Of a stretch of 25,567 nucleotides of DNA, positions 1 through 8,192 are shown in pieces (position 1 is the first letter of the stretch; each line of letters opens with the position of its first letter). Source of the stretch: Verrucomicrobiota bacterium (GTDB lineage: Bacteria > Verrucomicrobiota > Verrucomicrobiia > Limisphaerales > SXQI01). The translations under genes and the position numbers were made by a program. Under the pieces are notes generated by a model that saw nothing but the letters and a program-made list of their open reading frames with translations, did no database searches and was not told where the DNA came from. The stretch covers positions 1-25,567 of the forward strand of contig JANRLX010000049.1 in the NCBI GenBank assembly GCA_033762115.1. The letters run 5' to 3'.

Positions 1-229
1 CGCACTCCTCAGAAAGGAAATTCATGAAAAAGCCCTGCTCCTCGGACTCCGATTCGAAAACGGAAAAGTCCGCTACTGCCCGGAAAGTCAAACACCTGTG
101 AACAAGTGAGCAGCCCAGCCCATGCCATTATGGAGACCAAACTCTCGCAGAGACCTCCCGAGTTCGAAACAGTCGTTAAACCAACCATCCTAACTCAATA
201 CGTTGCGGCGAGGGCGCACTCCTTCAGGG

Positions 230-258
230 ATGACTTTCCCATTCGTCTGTCCTATGCT
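230..258 (+). promoter_or_regulatory. Putative sigma70 promoter, probably leaderless
   Basis: ATGACT(230-235)-N17-TATGCT(253-258), 6 nt before ATG 265. Confidence 0.45.
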
Positions 259-264
259 CAGCCC

Positions 265-762
265 ATGCACTCCCACGAACTGCTCCGCGAGGTGTTCGAT
301 AAGTCCAATGTCAAGCAAGTCGCTTCCAAAATGGGCTTGTCCCTTTCCCTCCTCTACAAATGGGCGGAACCTGCTGAGAAGGATGGCAGTGGCGCGGCCA
401 ATCCGCTTGACCGCGTCGCCACCCTCCTTCGCACCACCAATGACGAACGCCTCGTCCAATGGCTCTGCGAACGCGCCGGTGGGTTCTTCATTAAAAATCC
501 CAAGGCCAATTGGCCCCATCCGACTTTCCTCGTTCCTGCCACCAACCAGATCGTCCAGGAATTTGCCGATCTTCTTGCCGTCATTGCCAGCGCTGCGGGG
601 GATAACCGGATCAGTGACAAGGAAGCTCAGACCATTCGCGCTCGATGGGAAGAACTCAAATGCGTTACGGAAGGTTTTGTGCAATGTTGTGAAAAAGGGA
701 ACTTTGCTCCCCTCACACAAAAAGCGCCCCTGACAATCGCCCAAACTCACAAGCAACCATGA
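265..762 (+). CDS. Phage regulatory CII-like (CP76-type) HTH protein
   Basis: N-terminal HTH-like VKQVASKMGLSLSLLYKWAE and C-terminal AGDNRISDKEAQTI...W segment typical of CII-family proteins. ATG 265 preferred over GTG 106 because a -10 box lies 6 nt upstream. Confidence 0.6.
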   Translation: MHSHELLREVFDKSNVKQVASKMGLSLSLLYKWAEPAEKDGSGAANPLDRVATLLRTTNDERLVQWLCERAGGFFIKNPKANWPHPTFLVPATNQIVQEFADLLAVIASAAGDNRISDKEAQTIRARWEELKCVTEGFVQCCEKGNFAPLTQKAPLTIAQTHKQP

Positions 763-1325
763 AAAAATTTTTCCTGATCGCATCACTCAGCGCTGGAACG
801 CTCCTCTTCGCTGATTCCATTGATCTCCAGAATGGCGACCGCTATAACGGCAAGGTCCTTTCCCTCGATCAATCCCAGGTCCGCTTTGAAAGTGAAGTCA
901 ACGGCGTCATGGCCATTCCACGCGAACGGATCAAGACCATCCATCTCGGCGGAACGCCCCAGGCGCCCACCCTCTCCGCAATTCCAGTTCCCGCTCCGCA
1001 AAAAACCAACGGCATCGCCATCGACCCGCAGACCCTCGCCCAGGTCCAGCGCGATCTCCTCGGCACCGCCTCTCCAGAGGCCTCCCAGATGTTTTCTCAA
1101 ATGGTCCAGGGCCTCTCCGATGGCACCCTCAAAATCGGTGACCTCCAAAAACAGGCTGCCGAGTCCCTCGCCCAGCTTCGCGAATTGCAAAAGGAAATCG
1201 GGGACGACGATGAAAACCCGCTCCTCAACCAGTACGCCACCATCCTTGAAAATTTCATCAAACGGGCAGGCACCAATCAAACGGTGATCTCCACCAACCC
1301 ACCTCCAGCCCCAGCGGCTCCCTGA
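759..1325 (+). CDS. Secreted hypothetical protein
   Basis: Signal peptide MKKFFLIASLSAGTLLFA, then DSIDLQNGDRYNGKV beta-hairpin motif and a helical C-terminus; ATGA overlap with the upstream gene. Confidence 0.75.
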   Translation: MKKFFLIASLSAGTLLFADSIDLQNGDRYNGKVLSLDQSQVRFESEVNGVMAIPRERIKTIHLGGTPQAPTLSAIPVPAPQKTNGIAIDPQTLAQVQRDLLGTASPEASQMFSQMVQGLSDGTLKIGDLQKQAAESLAQLRELQKEIGDDDENPLLNQYATILENFIKRAGTNQTVISTNPPPAPAAP

Positions 1326-1345
1326 ATCTTCACCGCTTACTGCGA

Positions 1346-2164
1346 TCACTTGGAGTCCGGTCCCGGCAACGGTTGCGGTGCCCTGAGCTTTTTATAAATC
1401 CACGCTTCCACCGGCCTGAGCGGGCGCAATATCCCGTAAAATGGCGAATAAATCAGCCGCAGCCGAAACACTGAAAGCAGGATTCCCAGCGCCCCCTTGT
1501 TCAACTGGATTTTCGAGCCAATCTGGTCTGTCCAGACCGTCGGCACCTCCTTCACCGTAAAACCATTTCGCTTCAACGAATAAAGCAGGTTGATGTCGAA
1601 CGCCACATCCGCAATCCGCAATGCCGAATGGATTTTTTCTATCGCCTCCCGTCGCATCACCTTCGCCCCGCATTGCGTGTCCTTGATCCTCATCCGGAAC
1701 AGCAACTCCACGATCAAATGAAAAATCCGGCTGAATATCCTCCGCTTCGCCGACTGCGATTGATGCAGCACCGATCCCGGCAGCCAGCGCGACCCGATCA
1801 CGCAATCCACATCCCTGCAATGCCTGATCAGATCATGAAACGCGGGGGGGGCCGTCGCTCCATCCGCATCCACGTACCCGATCAAATCCGCTTGCGGCGC
1901 CAGCTTCAGCCCCTCGATTAACGCCCCACCTTTTCCGATCGCCGCCTGGAACTCCAGCGATTGGATTTCCGGAAACTCCCCCGCGCACCGCTGCACCACT
2001 CCCAGCGTGTCATCCCGGCACCCGTTCAAAACCACCACCATCGTGAACCGTCCCTTGTAATGCGCGCGGAAATACTGCGCATAATCGCGCAGCACCGGCT
2101 CGATTCGCTTTTCCTCGTTATAGGCGGGGATCAGCAACAGGACACTCGGTTCCGTTGGAGTCAT
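1346..2164 (-). CDS. Glycosyltransferase family 2 (Dol-P-glucose/mannose synthase-like)
   Basis: IPAYNEE, GKGGA, YVDADG (DxD), GSR and DTQCGAK motifs. Confidence 0.9.
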   Translation of the reverse strand: MTPTEPSVLLLIPAYNEEKRIEPVLRDYAQYFRAHYKGRFTMVVVLNGCRDDTLGVVQRCAGEFPEIQSLEFQAAIGKGGALIEGLKLAPQADLIGYVDADGATAPPAFHDLIRHCRDVDCVIGSRWLPGSVLHQSQSAKRRIFSRIFHLIVELLFRMRIKDTQCGAKVMRREAIEKIHSALRIADVAFDINLLYSLKRNGFTVKEVPTVWTDQIGSKIQLNKGALGILLSVFRLRLIYSPFYGILRPLRPVEAWIYKKLRAPQPLPGPDSK

Positions 2165-2443
2165 GATTGAACGCTCATTTCACGATCATGAAAATTGAGC
2201 GCTGATACGGTTACCAAAACAGCCGCTTCTTTGCCAACTTTCCTGCAATGTCAATCAGCCGCGAAGGCAAATCAAACTCAGGGACAAACCCACAGCCTGA
2301 GTTCATTTGTTGGCCTGAATGCAATGAAAAAATCACCTCTTTTCAAAATTAAACCTCTTGAGAAATCGAACAAAAGGTCGATACTGAATCCATAAGGTTT
2401 GCGTCCATCGCGACCGATGCTCTTTCAAAAAATTTCAGGTTTT

Positions 2444-2622
2444 ACCCTGCCATGTTCGTGTTAAGAAACAAAGTCCTTTGACCGTAAGTAAACGTATAGC
2501 CGGGCTTTGCCGCTACGGAGTCTGCCGACAGGCCTTTACTGGAAGTCGAAATAACTCCAGGCGAGCCCATCTGTTTCTATAAAAGTTCAAAGGAACTGTT
2601 ACACACGGCATTACGGTGGGGT
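2444..2622 (+). ncRNA. ssrS: 6S RNA
   Basis: ~180-nt rod: ACCCTGCC/GGTGGGGT, ATGTTCGTGT/ACACGGCAT, TCCTTTGA/TCAAAGGA, a central A-rich bubble, then GGGCTTTGCC/GGCGAGCCC. Motifs CTG..ATGTTCG, GTCC..TGACCG, GTTCAAAGG and GGCAT resemble E. coli 6S. Followed by a T-run; lies upstream of rarA, ygfA and rny. Confidence 0.85.
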
Positions 2623-2710
2623 TTTTTCTTGTACTGCTTTCTCCTCCCTCTCCGCTGGCGCCCGCCTCCCGGGACTCGCTAAGTTTCCACTTTTCGGTAA
2701 CTTGATCGAA

Positions 2711-4096
2711 ATGCGGAGTGACGATCTGTTCACACCTCCTGAAAAGCGCGCCGAAGAGCCTCTCGGCTCTGCTGTCCCGCCCCTTTCCTCCAGTGCTCCT
2801 TTGGCCGCCAGGATGCGCCCCCGCGCACTCGATGAATTTGTCGGCCAGCGTCACATCCTTTCTCCCGGCCAGCTGCTTCGTCGCGCCATTGAGGCAGACC
2901 GCATTTCATCCCTCATTTTTTATGGGCCTCCCGGCACTGGCAAAACCTCCCTCGCTCAGATCATTGCCCATCATACCCAGGCAAAATTCGAACGGCTCAG
3001 CGGCGTGGAGTCCAACGTCGCCGATATGCGCCGCGTCCTGTCCGCTGCGTCCAATCGCCTGCAAAATACCGGCAAACCCACCATCGTTTTCATTGATGAA
3101 ATCCATCGCTTCAACAAAAGCCAGCAGGATGTCCTGTTGCCCGATGTCGAAAGCGGAGTCATTCGCCTGATCGGCGCCACCACCCACAATCCCTTTTTCT
3201 TCGTCAATTCCCCGCTCGTCTCCCGATCCCAGATTTTCGAACTGCAACCGCTCCAGGAGGAGGACCTCTATCTCCTGCTTCAACGCGCATTGAAAGAGGA
3301 ACGCGGCCTGGCTCATCTCAGGATCGATGCACATGAGGAGGCATTGCGCCACCTTGCCCGGCTGGCGGACGGGGACGCGCGCAAAGCCCTCAACTCCCTG
3401 GAGATTGCCGTCCTCACGACTGCCCCCAATTCGCAGGGAATGATTGAAGTCACCTTGAATGTGGCGGAGCAAAGCATCCAGAAAAAGGCGGTCGTCTATG
3501 ATGGCGACGGCGATGCCCATTACGACACCATTTCCGCTTTCATCAAATCGATGCGCGGAAGCGATCCCGACGCTGCACTCTACTGGCTGGCAAAAATGAT
3601 CCACGCCGGGGAAGATCCCCGCTTCATCTCCCGGCGAATCATGATTTGCGCTGCTGAAGATGTGGGACTGGCCGACCCAATGGCGCTGGTGCTCGCGACC
3701 GCCGCCCATCAGGCGGCGGAATTCGTCGGCTGGCCTGAAGCCAGGATTCCACTGGCGGAAGCCACCGTTTACATTGCCACCGCGCACAAAAGCAACAGCG
3801 CCTACCTCGCCATCGACGCGGCGCTGGAGGATGTTCGTTCCGGTCGCACCCTGCCAGTGCCTGAACACCTTCGTGACGCCCATTACCAGGGCGCAAAGCG
3901 CCTCGGGCATGGGGTGGGTTACGAATATGCCCATGACCATAAAAACCATTTTGTGGCGCAGGATTACCTGGGCAGTTCCCGAACCTATTATAATCCCGGC
4001 GATCTCGGGGTTGAACGGAAGATCAGGGAACGGGTGGAACAATGGCGCGCCGAGATGGAGAAACTCCGCCAGAAAAAAGGGAGCGGCAATTCATGA
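2711..4096 (+). CDS. rarA: Replication-associated recombination protein A (MgsA/RarA AAA+ ATPase)
   Basis: PLAARMRP, Walker A GPPGTGKT, Walker B FIDEIHRFNK, HYDTISAFIKSMRGSDPDAA, EDVGLADP; start ATG 2711 (ORF track opens at 2702). Confidence 0.95.
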   Translation: MRSDDLFTPPEKRAEEPLGSAVPPLSSSAPLAARMRPRALDEFVGQRHILSPGQLLRRAIEADRISSLIFYGPPGTGKTSLAQIIAHHTQAKFERLSGVESNVADMRRVLSAASNRLQNTGKPTIVFIDEIHRFNKSQQDVLLPDVESGVIRLIGATTHNPFFFVNSPLVSRSQIFELQPLQEEDLYLLLQRALKEERGLAHLRIDAHEEALRHLARLADGDARKALNSLEIAVLTTAPNSQGMIEVTLNVAEQSIQKKAVVYDGDGDAHYDTISAFIKSMRGSDPDAALYWLAKMIHAGEDPRFISRRIMICAAEDVGLADPMALVLATAAHQAAEFVGWPEARIPLAEATVYIATAHKSNSAYLAIDAALEDVRSGRTLPVPEHLRDAHYQGAKRLGHGVGYEYAHDHKNHFVAQDYLGSSRTYYNPGDLGVERKIRERVEQWRAEMEKLRQKKGSGNS

Positions 4097-4680
4097 TCCC
4101 TTTGCAGGACCAAAAGCGTGACCTGCGGTTCAGGCTCAGGCAGGAGCTTGCAAAAATTTCAGACGCCGAGAAGCGCAGCAGTTCAGCCCGGCTGCTTGTC
4201 CAGTTGCAAAATTTTTCCCGCTGGAAAGATTCAGGCACACTCCTCCTTTTTGCGCCGAGGGAGGATGAGCCGGATATCCTGCCGCTCATTCCTGAATCGT
4301 TGTCCCTGGGAAAGCGGGTGACGCTCCCCCGCTATAATCAAAGTAAGGGCATTTATGAAGCGGCTGAAGTGAAATCACTGGAGGAGTTGCAGGTTGGCTC
4401 CTATGGAATCCGGGAACCGTCCGCTTCAGCCGAGATGGTTGCTCTGAACCGGCTGGACTTAGTCCTCATTCCTGGGTTAGGGTTCGATCTTCATGGCCAC
4501 CGGCTGGGTCGTGGAAGAGGGTTTTATGACCGGCTGCTGGCCGGACTCCCTGGAATCAAATGCGGAGTCGCCTTTGATCAGCAGGTGATCAGCAAGTTGC
4601 CGATTGAACCGCATGATGTGATATTGAATAGTCTGGTCACTCCTTCACGCTCTCTTGAGTTTACACAAAACGTCGCATGA
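4093..4680 (+). CDS. ygfA: 5-formyltetrahydrofolate cyclo-ligase
   Basis: YGIREP, DLVLIPGLGFD..GHRLGRGRGFYDRLL, PIEPHD motifs; ATGA overlaps with both rarA and rny. Confidence 0.93.
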   Translation: MIPLQDQKRDLRFRLRQELAKISDAEKRSSSARLLVQLQNFSRWKDSGTLLLFAPREDEPDILPLIPESLSLGKRVTLPRYNQSKGIYEAAEVKSLEELQVGSYGIREPSASAEMVALNRLDLVLIPGLGFDLHGHRLGRGRGFYDRLLAGLPGIKCGVAFDQQVISKLPIEPHDVILNSLVTPSRSLEFTQNVA

Positions 4681-6239
4681 GCCCGGATTTGTTTGCTGTT
4701 GTTTCGGTGGGTTTGGTCGGATGCGGCCTCGGTGGAGGTTATCTGCTGCATCAGGTGGTGCGGAAAAGGGAGCGGAAAGCCCGCGAGGAGGAATCCCGCC
4801 AAATTGTTGAAGACGCTCACAAGGAAGCGGAAACAGTCCTGCGGGAAGCCCGGATCCTGGCAAATGAAGAAGCGGCCAAGCTGCGCGAGGAAACTGAAAA
4901 GGCGTTCACCGGCAAGCGGCAGGCCCTCGCTGATTCCGAGCAGCGCCTTTCCCATCGGGAAGCCTTGATCAACCAGCAGCTTGAATCGCTGAGCCAGCAG
5001 GAAAGAAATCTGCGCCAGCAACAACTGCAACTGGAGAAATCACGCGGCGAACTGGAAAAGCAACGGACCGAGCTGCAACGGGCAATCGACAAGACTCATT
5101 ACGAACTGGAACGGATCACGCACCTTTCCGCCGCCGATGCCCGGGCCATGTTCATGCGGGAAGTGGAGCAGCGCGCGCTCAAGGATGCCACCGATCTCAC
5201 CAGGCACATTGTCGAAGAGGCCAAAGGACGCGCGGAGGAGCAGGCTCGCCGCATCATCAGCCTTGCCATTCAACGTTATGCCGCCACCCACACTTTTGAG
5301 ACGACCACTGCCACACTGGCGCTGCCCGGAGATGAAATCAAAGGAAGGATTATCGGGCGGGAAGGCCGAAACATTCGCGCTTTCGAAGCGGCCACGGGAA
5401 TCACGGTTCTGATCGATGATACTCCGAATGCGGTTGTCCTTTCCGGTTTCGATCCCGTGCGCCGGGAAATTGCCAGGGAAGCGATGCAGCGGTTGATGGC
5501 GGACGGGCGGATTCATCCCACACGGATCGAGGAGGTCGTTCAGCAGGTGACGGAGGAAATGGATGAAAGCATTGTCAAAAATGCAGAGGAGGCGCTGTTC
5601 CACCTTGGCCTGCCGCCGATGCATCCCGAAATTTTGAAACGACTCGGCAGCCTCAAGTTTCGCTACAGCTTTTCCCAGAATATTTTGAGCCATTCCATTG
5701 AAGTTGCCCAGTTGATGGCGTTGATGGCCGTGGAGTTGGGGGTGGATGTGGTGCAGGCCAAAAAAGCCGGGTTGCTTCATGACATTGGCAAGGCGTTGAA
5801 TCATGAGATCGAAGGGTCGCACGCGCTGATTGGAGCGGATTTCATCAAGCGTTACGGTGAGAATGATGATGTGGTCAATGGGGTGGCTTCGCATCATGAT
5901 GAAGTCCCGCATACGAACCTGCTCGGGATTCTGGTCAGCGCGGCTGATGCGATGAGCGCGTCCCGTCCGGGAGCACGGAGTGAGACGATGTCCACCTACC
6001 TGAAGCGGCTGGAAAATCTGGAGCGACTGGGTGCGAGTTTCCCGGGAGTGGAAAAATGTTTTGCGGTGCAGGCCGGGCGTGAGTTGCGCGTGATGGTTCA
6101 CCCGAGCGAGGTCAACGATGACCAGGCGGCGGCGCTGGCGCGGAGCATCGTGAGGAAGATCGAGGAAGAGTTGCAATATCCCGGCCAGATCCGGGTTACG
6201 GTCGTTCGTGAAACCCGGATCGTTGAATTTGCCAAGTAA
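4677..6239 (+). CDS. rny: Ribonuclease Y
   Basis: N-terminal TM helix, coiled coil, KH domain KGRIIGREGRNIR, HD domain LLHDIGK, C-terminal YPGQIRVTVVRE. Confidence 0.96.
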   Translation: MSPDLFAVVSVGLVGCGLGGGYLLHQVVRKRERKAREEESRQIVEDAHKEAETVLREARILANEEAAKLREETEKAFTGKRQALADSEQRLSHREALINQQLESLSQQERNLRQQQLQLEKSRGELEKQRTELQRAIDKTHYELERITHLSAADARAMFMREVEQRALKDATDLTRHIVEEAKGRAEEQARRIISLAIQRYAATHTFETTTATLALPGDEIKGRIIGREGRNIRAFEAATGITVLIDDTPNAVVLSGFDPVRREIAREAMQRLMADGRIHPTRIEEVVQQVTEEMDESIVKNAEEALFHLGLPPMHPEILKRLGSLKFRYSFSQNILSHSIEVAQLMALMAVELGVDVVQAKKAGLLHDIGKALNHEIEGSHALIGADFIKRYGENDDVVNGVASHHDEVPHTNLLGILVSAADAMSASRPGARSETMSTYLKRLENLERLGASFPGVEKCFAVQAGRELRVMVHPSEVNDDQAAALARSIVRKIEEELQYPGQIRVTVVRETRIVEFAK

Positions 6240-6259
6240 ATTCCCAGCAGGGGCTTCCT

Positions 6260-6336
6260 AGTTATTCACAATTCCGATCTCTCAAGGTTCTGTTAGACAG
6301 TAACTTAGAGTTTTTCCTGGGTGATTGTTAATAACT
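6260..6336. repeat. Imperfect inverted repeat with DnaA-box-like arms
   Basis: AGTTATTCACAAT (6260-6272) and ATTGTTAATAACT (6324-6336) are reverse complements with one mismatch; inner imperfect palindrome at 6279-6310. Confidence 0.6.
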
Positions 6337-6379
6337 TTCTTCGGCGGGTGCCTCTTTTTGACTGATGTTGAAGATGGGT

Positions 6380-7198
6380 ATGCGTGCGATTTGGAAGGGA
6401 GCGATCAGTTTCGGTTTGGTGAATATTCCTGTGGCTCTTTATACCGCAACAAGGCGGGACGACATCAGCTTCCGTCAACTGCGCAAGAGCGATTTAAGCC
6501 CGATCAATTACAAGCGGGTGGCTGAGGTGGATGGGCAGGAGGTTCCGTGGGAGCAGATCGTAAAGGGGTACGAACATGAGAAGGGGCAGTTGGTGGTGAT
6601 GTCGGATGCGGACCTGGAGAAAGCGCAGGCGGAAGCGACGCAGACGGTGGAGATCACGGACTTTGTCAGCCTGGACCAGATCGACCCGATATTTTTTGAC
6701 AAACCGTATTTCCTCGAGCCGCAGAAAGGTGGAAAAAAAGCGTATGCCCTGTTGCGGGACGTGTTGAAGGAAACGAACAAGGTAGGAATTGCGCGGGTGG
6801 TGTTGAAGACGAAGCAGCATCTGGCCGCAGTAAAACCTTCAGGCGATCTGCTGGTGCTGGAATTGATGCATTTTTCGGAGGAACTGATCGAGCCGAGCGG
6901 GTTGGATCTGCCGAGGGAGGAGACGTTGGGGAAGAAGGAGCTGGAGATGGCCAAGCAACTGGTGCAGACGATGACCGGGAAATGGGAACCGGAAAAGTAC
7001 AAGGATGAAACGCGCGCCCAGTTGATGAAAGTGATCGAGGAGAAAATTGCCGCAGGAGACAAGCCGATCAAAGGTCAGCCCGGGAAACCACGACCTGCGA
7101 CGAATGTGGTGGATTTGGTGGCGGTGCTGCAAAAGAGCCTGGAAGAGAACGCGAAGAAGAAACCGCAGCACCCCAGGAAGCAGAAGAAAGCAGCGTAA
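6380..7198 (+). CDS. ku: Non-homologous end joining protein Ku
   Basis: MRAIWKGAISFGLVNIPV, IVKGYE, PYFLEP, VVDLVAVLQKSL and a basic C-terminal tail. Confidence 0.95.
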   Translation: MRAIWKGAISFGLVNIPVALYTATRRDDISFRQLRKSDLSPINYKRVAEVDGQEVPWEQIVKGYEHEKGQLVVMSDADLEKAQAEATQTVEITDFVSLDQIDPIFFDKPYFLEPQKGGKKAYALLRDVLKETNKVGIARVVLKTKQHLAAVKPSGDLLVLELMHFSEELIEPSGLDLPREETLGKKELEMAKQLVQTMTGKWEPEKYKDETRAQLMKVIEEKIAAGDKPIKGQPGKPRPATNVVDLVAVLQKSLEENAKKKPQHPRKQKKAA

Positions 7199-7206
7199 TC
7201 CGTCGT

Positions 7207-8058
7207 TCAGATGGAATTGCTTTTTCGCTGACGATATTCGGAGGGGCGCCAGCCGATCCATTTTTTGAAGGTGGTGGAAAAGACAAAAGGGTTTTCGTAA
7301 CCCACCGCGTGGGCGATGGATTCAACTTTGTCATTGGTCAATTCAAGGAGTTCAGCGGCCCTTTTCATGCGGAGGTAGGTGACATGATGCATGGGGCTGC
7401 GGCCAAGATGCTGGCGGCAAAGGCGGCGGAGGTGTTCACCGCTAAGATGGCAGATTTCCGAAAGCTTTTGAATGGTCCAGGGATCATCCAGTTTCTCGGC
7501 AACCCTGGTCCAGAGTTTGGCGAGGCGATCATCGCGGTGCCATGGCTGGGCGAAGTGGAGAACGTAGTTATGGATGAGATCGACCCAATGCCGGATCAAG
7601 GCAGGTTCTTTTTCCCCGTTTTGCTCGTGCCAAAGGCCCATGATGGCAGAATGAAGCGGCATGGCCTGAAATTTTGCCATGACCGGGGAAGCGGAGGTGA
7701 TGATCGGTTTTTGTTCCGGGGGTTGTTCATATTTAACCCAGCAAAAACTCCAGCGCTCGTTCGGGATGGCATGGAAGGCGTGCAGGACATGGGGAGGGGC
7801 GAGGCAGGCCATGCCTTTCCGGCAGAATTGCCAGCGACCATCCAGGAGGATTTGGCCGACCCCGTTAAAACAAGCCAGAAGGTAGGTGCCGTTCAGGTGA
7901 GTTCGAACCATGTTGTAGGGGACTGCGGCATCAGCGATGCCGACATGGGCAATTTGTTGCTGGCGGAGGGAGGGGCAATGCTCAGCGCGAACGGTCCATT
8001 CCCTGGTGTCTTTACCCACGATGTGGGTTTCAGATAGGGGCTGGTGTGTTTCACTCAT
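7207..8058 (-). CDS. AraC family transcriptional regulator
   Basis: C-terminal double HTH (LSGEHLRRL...IAHAVGYENPFVFSTTFKKWIGWRPSEYR) and cupin-like N-terminus; start uncertain (8058 or 8097). Confidence 0.9.
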   Translation of the reverse strand: MSETHQPLSETHIVGKDTREWTVRAEHCPSLRQQQIAHVGIADAAVPYNMVRTHLNGTYLLACFNGVGQILLDGRWQFCRKGMACLAPPHVLHAFHAIPNERWSFCWVKYEQPPEQKPIITSASPVMAKFQAMPLHSAIMGLWHEQNGEKEPALIRHWVDLIHNYVLHFAQPWHRDDRLAKLWTRVAEKLDDPWTIQKLSEICHLSGEHLRRLCRQHLGRSPMHHVTYLRMKRAAELLELTNDKVESIAHAVGYENPFVFSTTFKKWIGWRPSEYRQRKSNSI

Positions 8059-8192
8059 GGAGAGAAGCGGGCGTTGATTTAAGCTGGAATCGAGCAAGCA
8101 AACCGTACTTTGACCCGTAACCGTTTTACCGCCTGAGTGCGGGAAAGAACGGTGTTTCCGTTACAGGTTGAGGTCAACTGTCGCACGTCCGT

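Noticed and set aside
1..128. Minus-strand ORF running off the left edge (MAWAGLLTCSQV...)
   Set aside because: Too short and motif-free to call without flanking sequence
1844..1851. G8 tract in the glycosyltransferase as a phase-variation site
   Set aside because: Short, in frame, encodes Ala-Pro-Pro, and plausible by chance at this GC content
2495..2570. Riboswitch (c-di-GMP-I-like GCAAAGC on the minus strand) or hammerhead reading of the three-way junction
   Set aside because: Required motif order and catalytic core are absent; the structure is explained as the 6S apical domain
2906..6176. Long antisense ORFs (378 aa at 2906-4042 and 5040-6176; similar ones at 7309-8037 and 17187-18281)
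   Set aside because: Shadow frames of well-supported genes in GC-rich DNA, with no recognisable motifs
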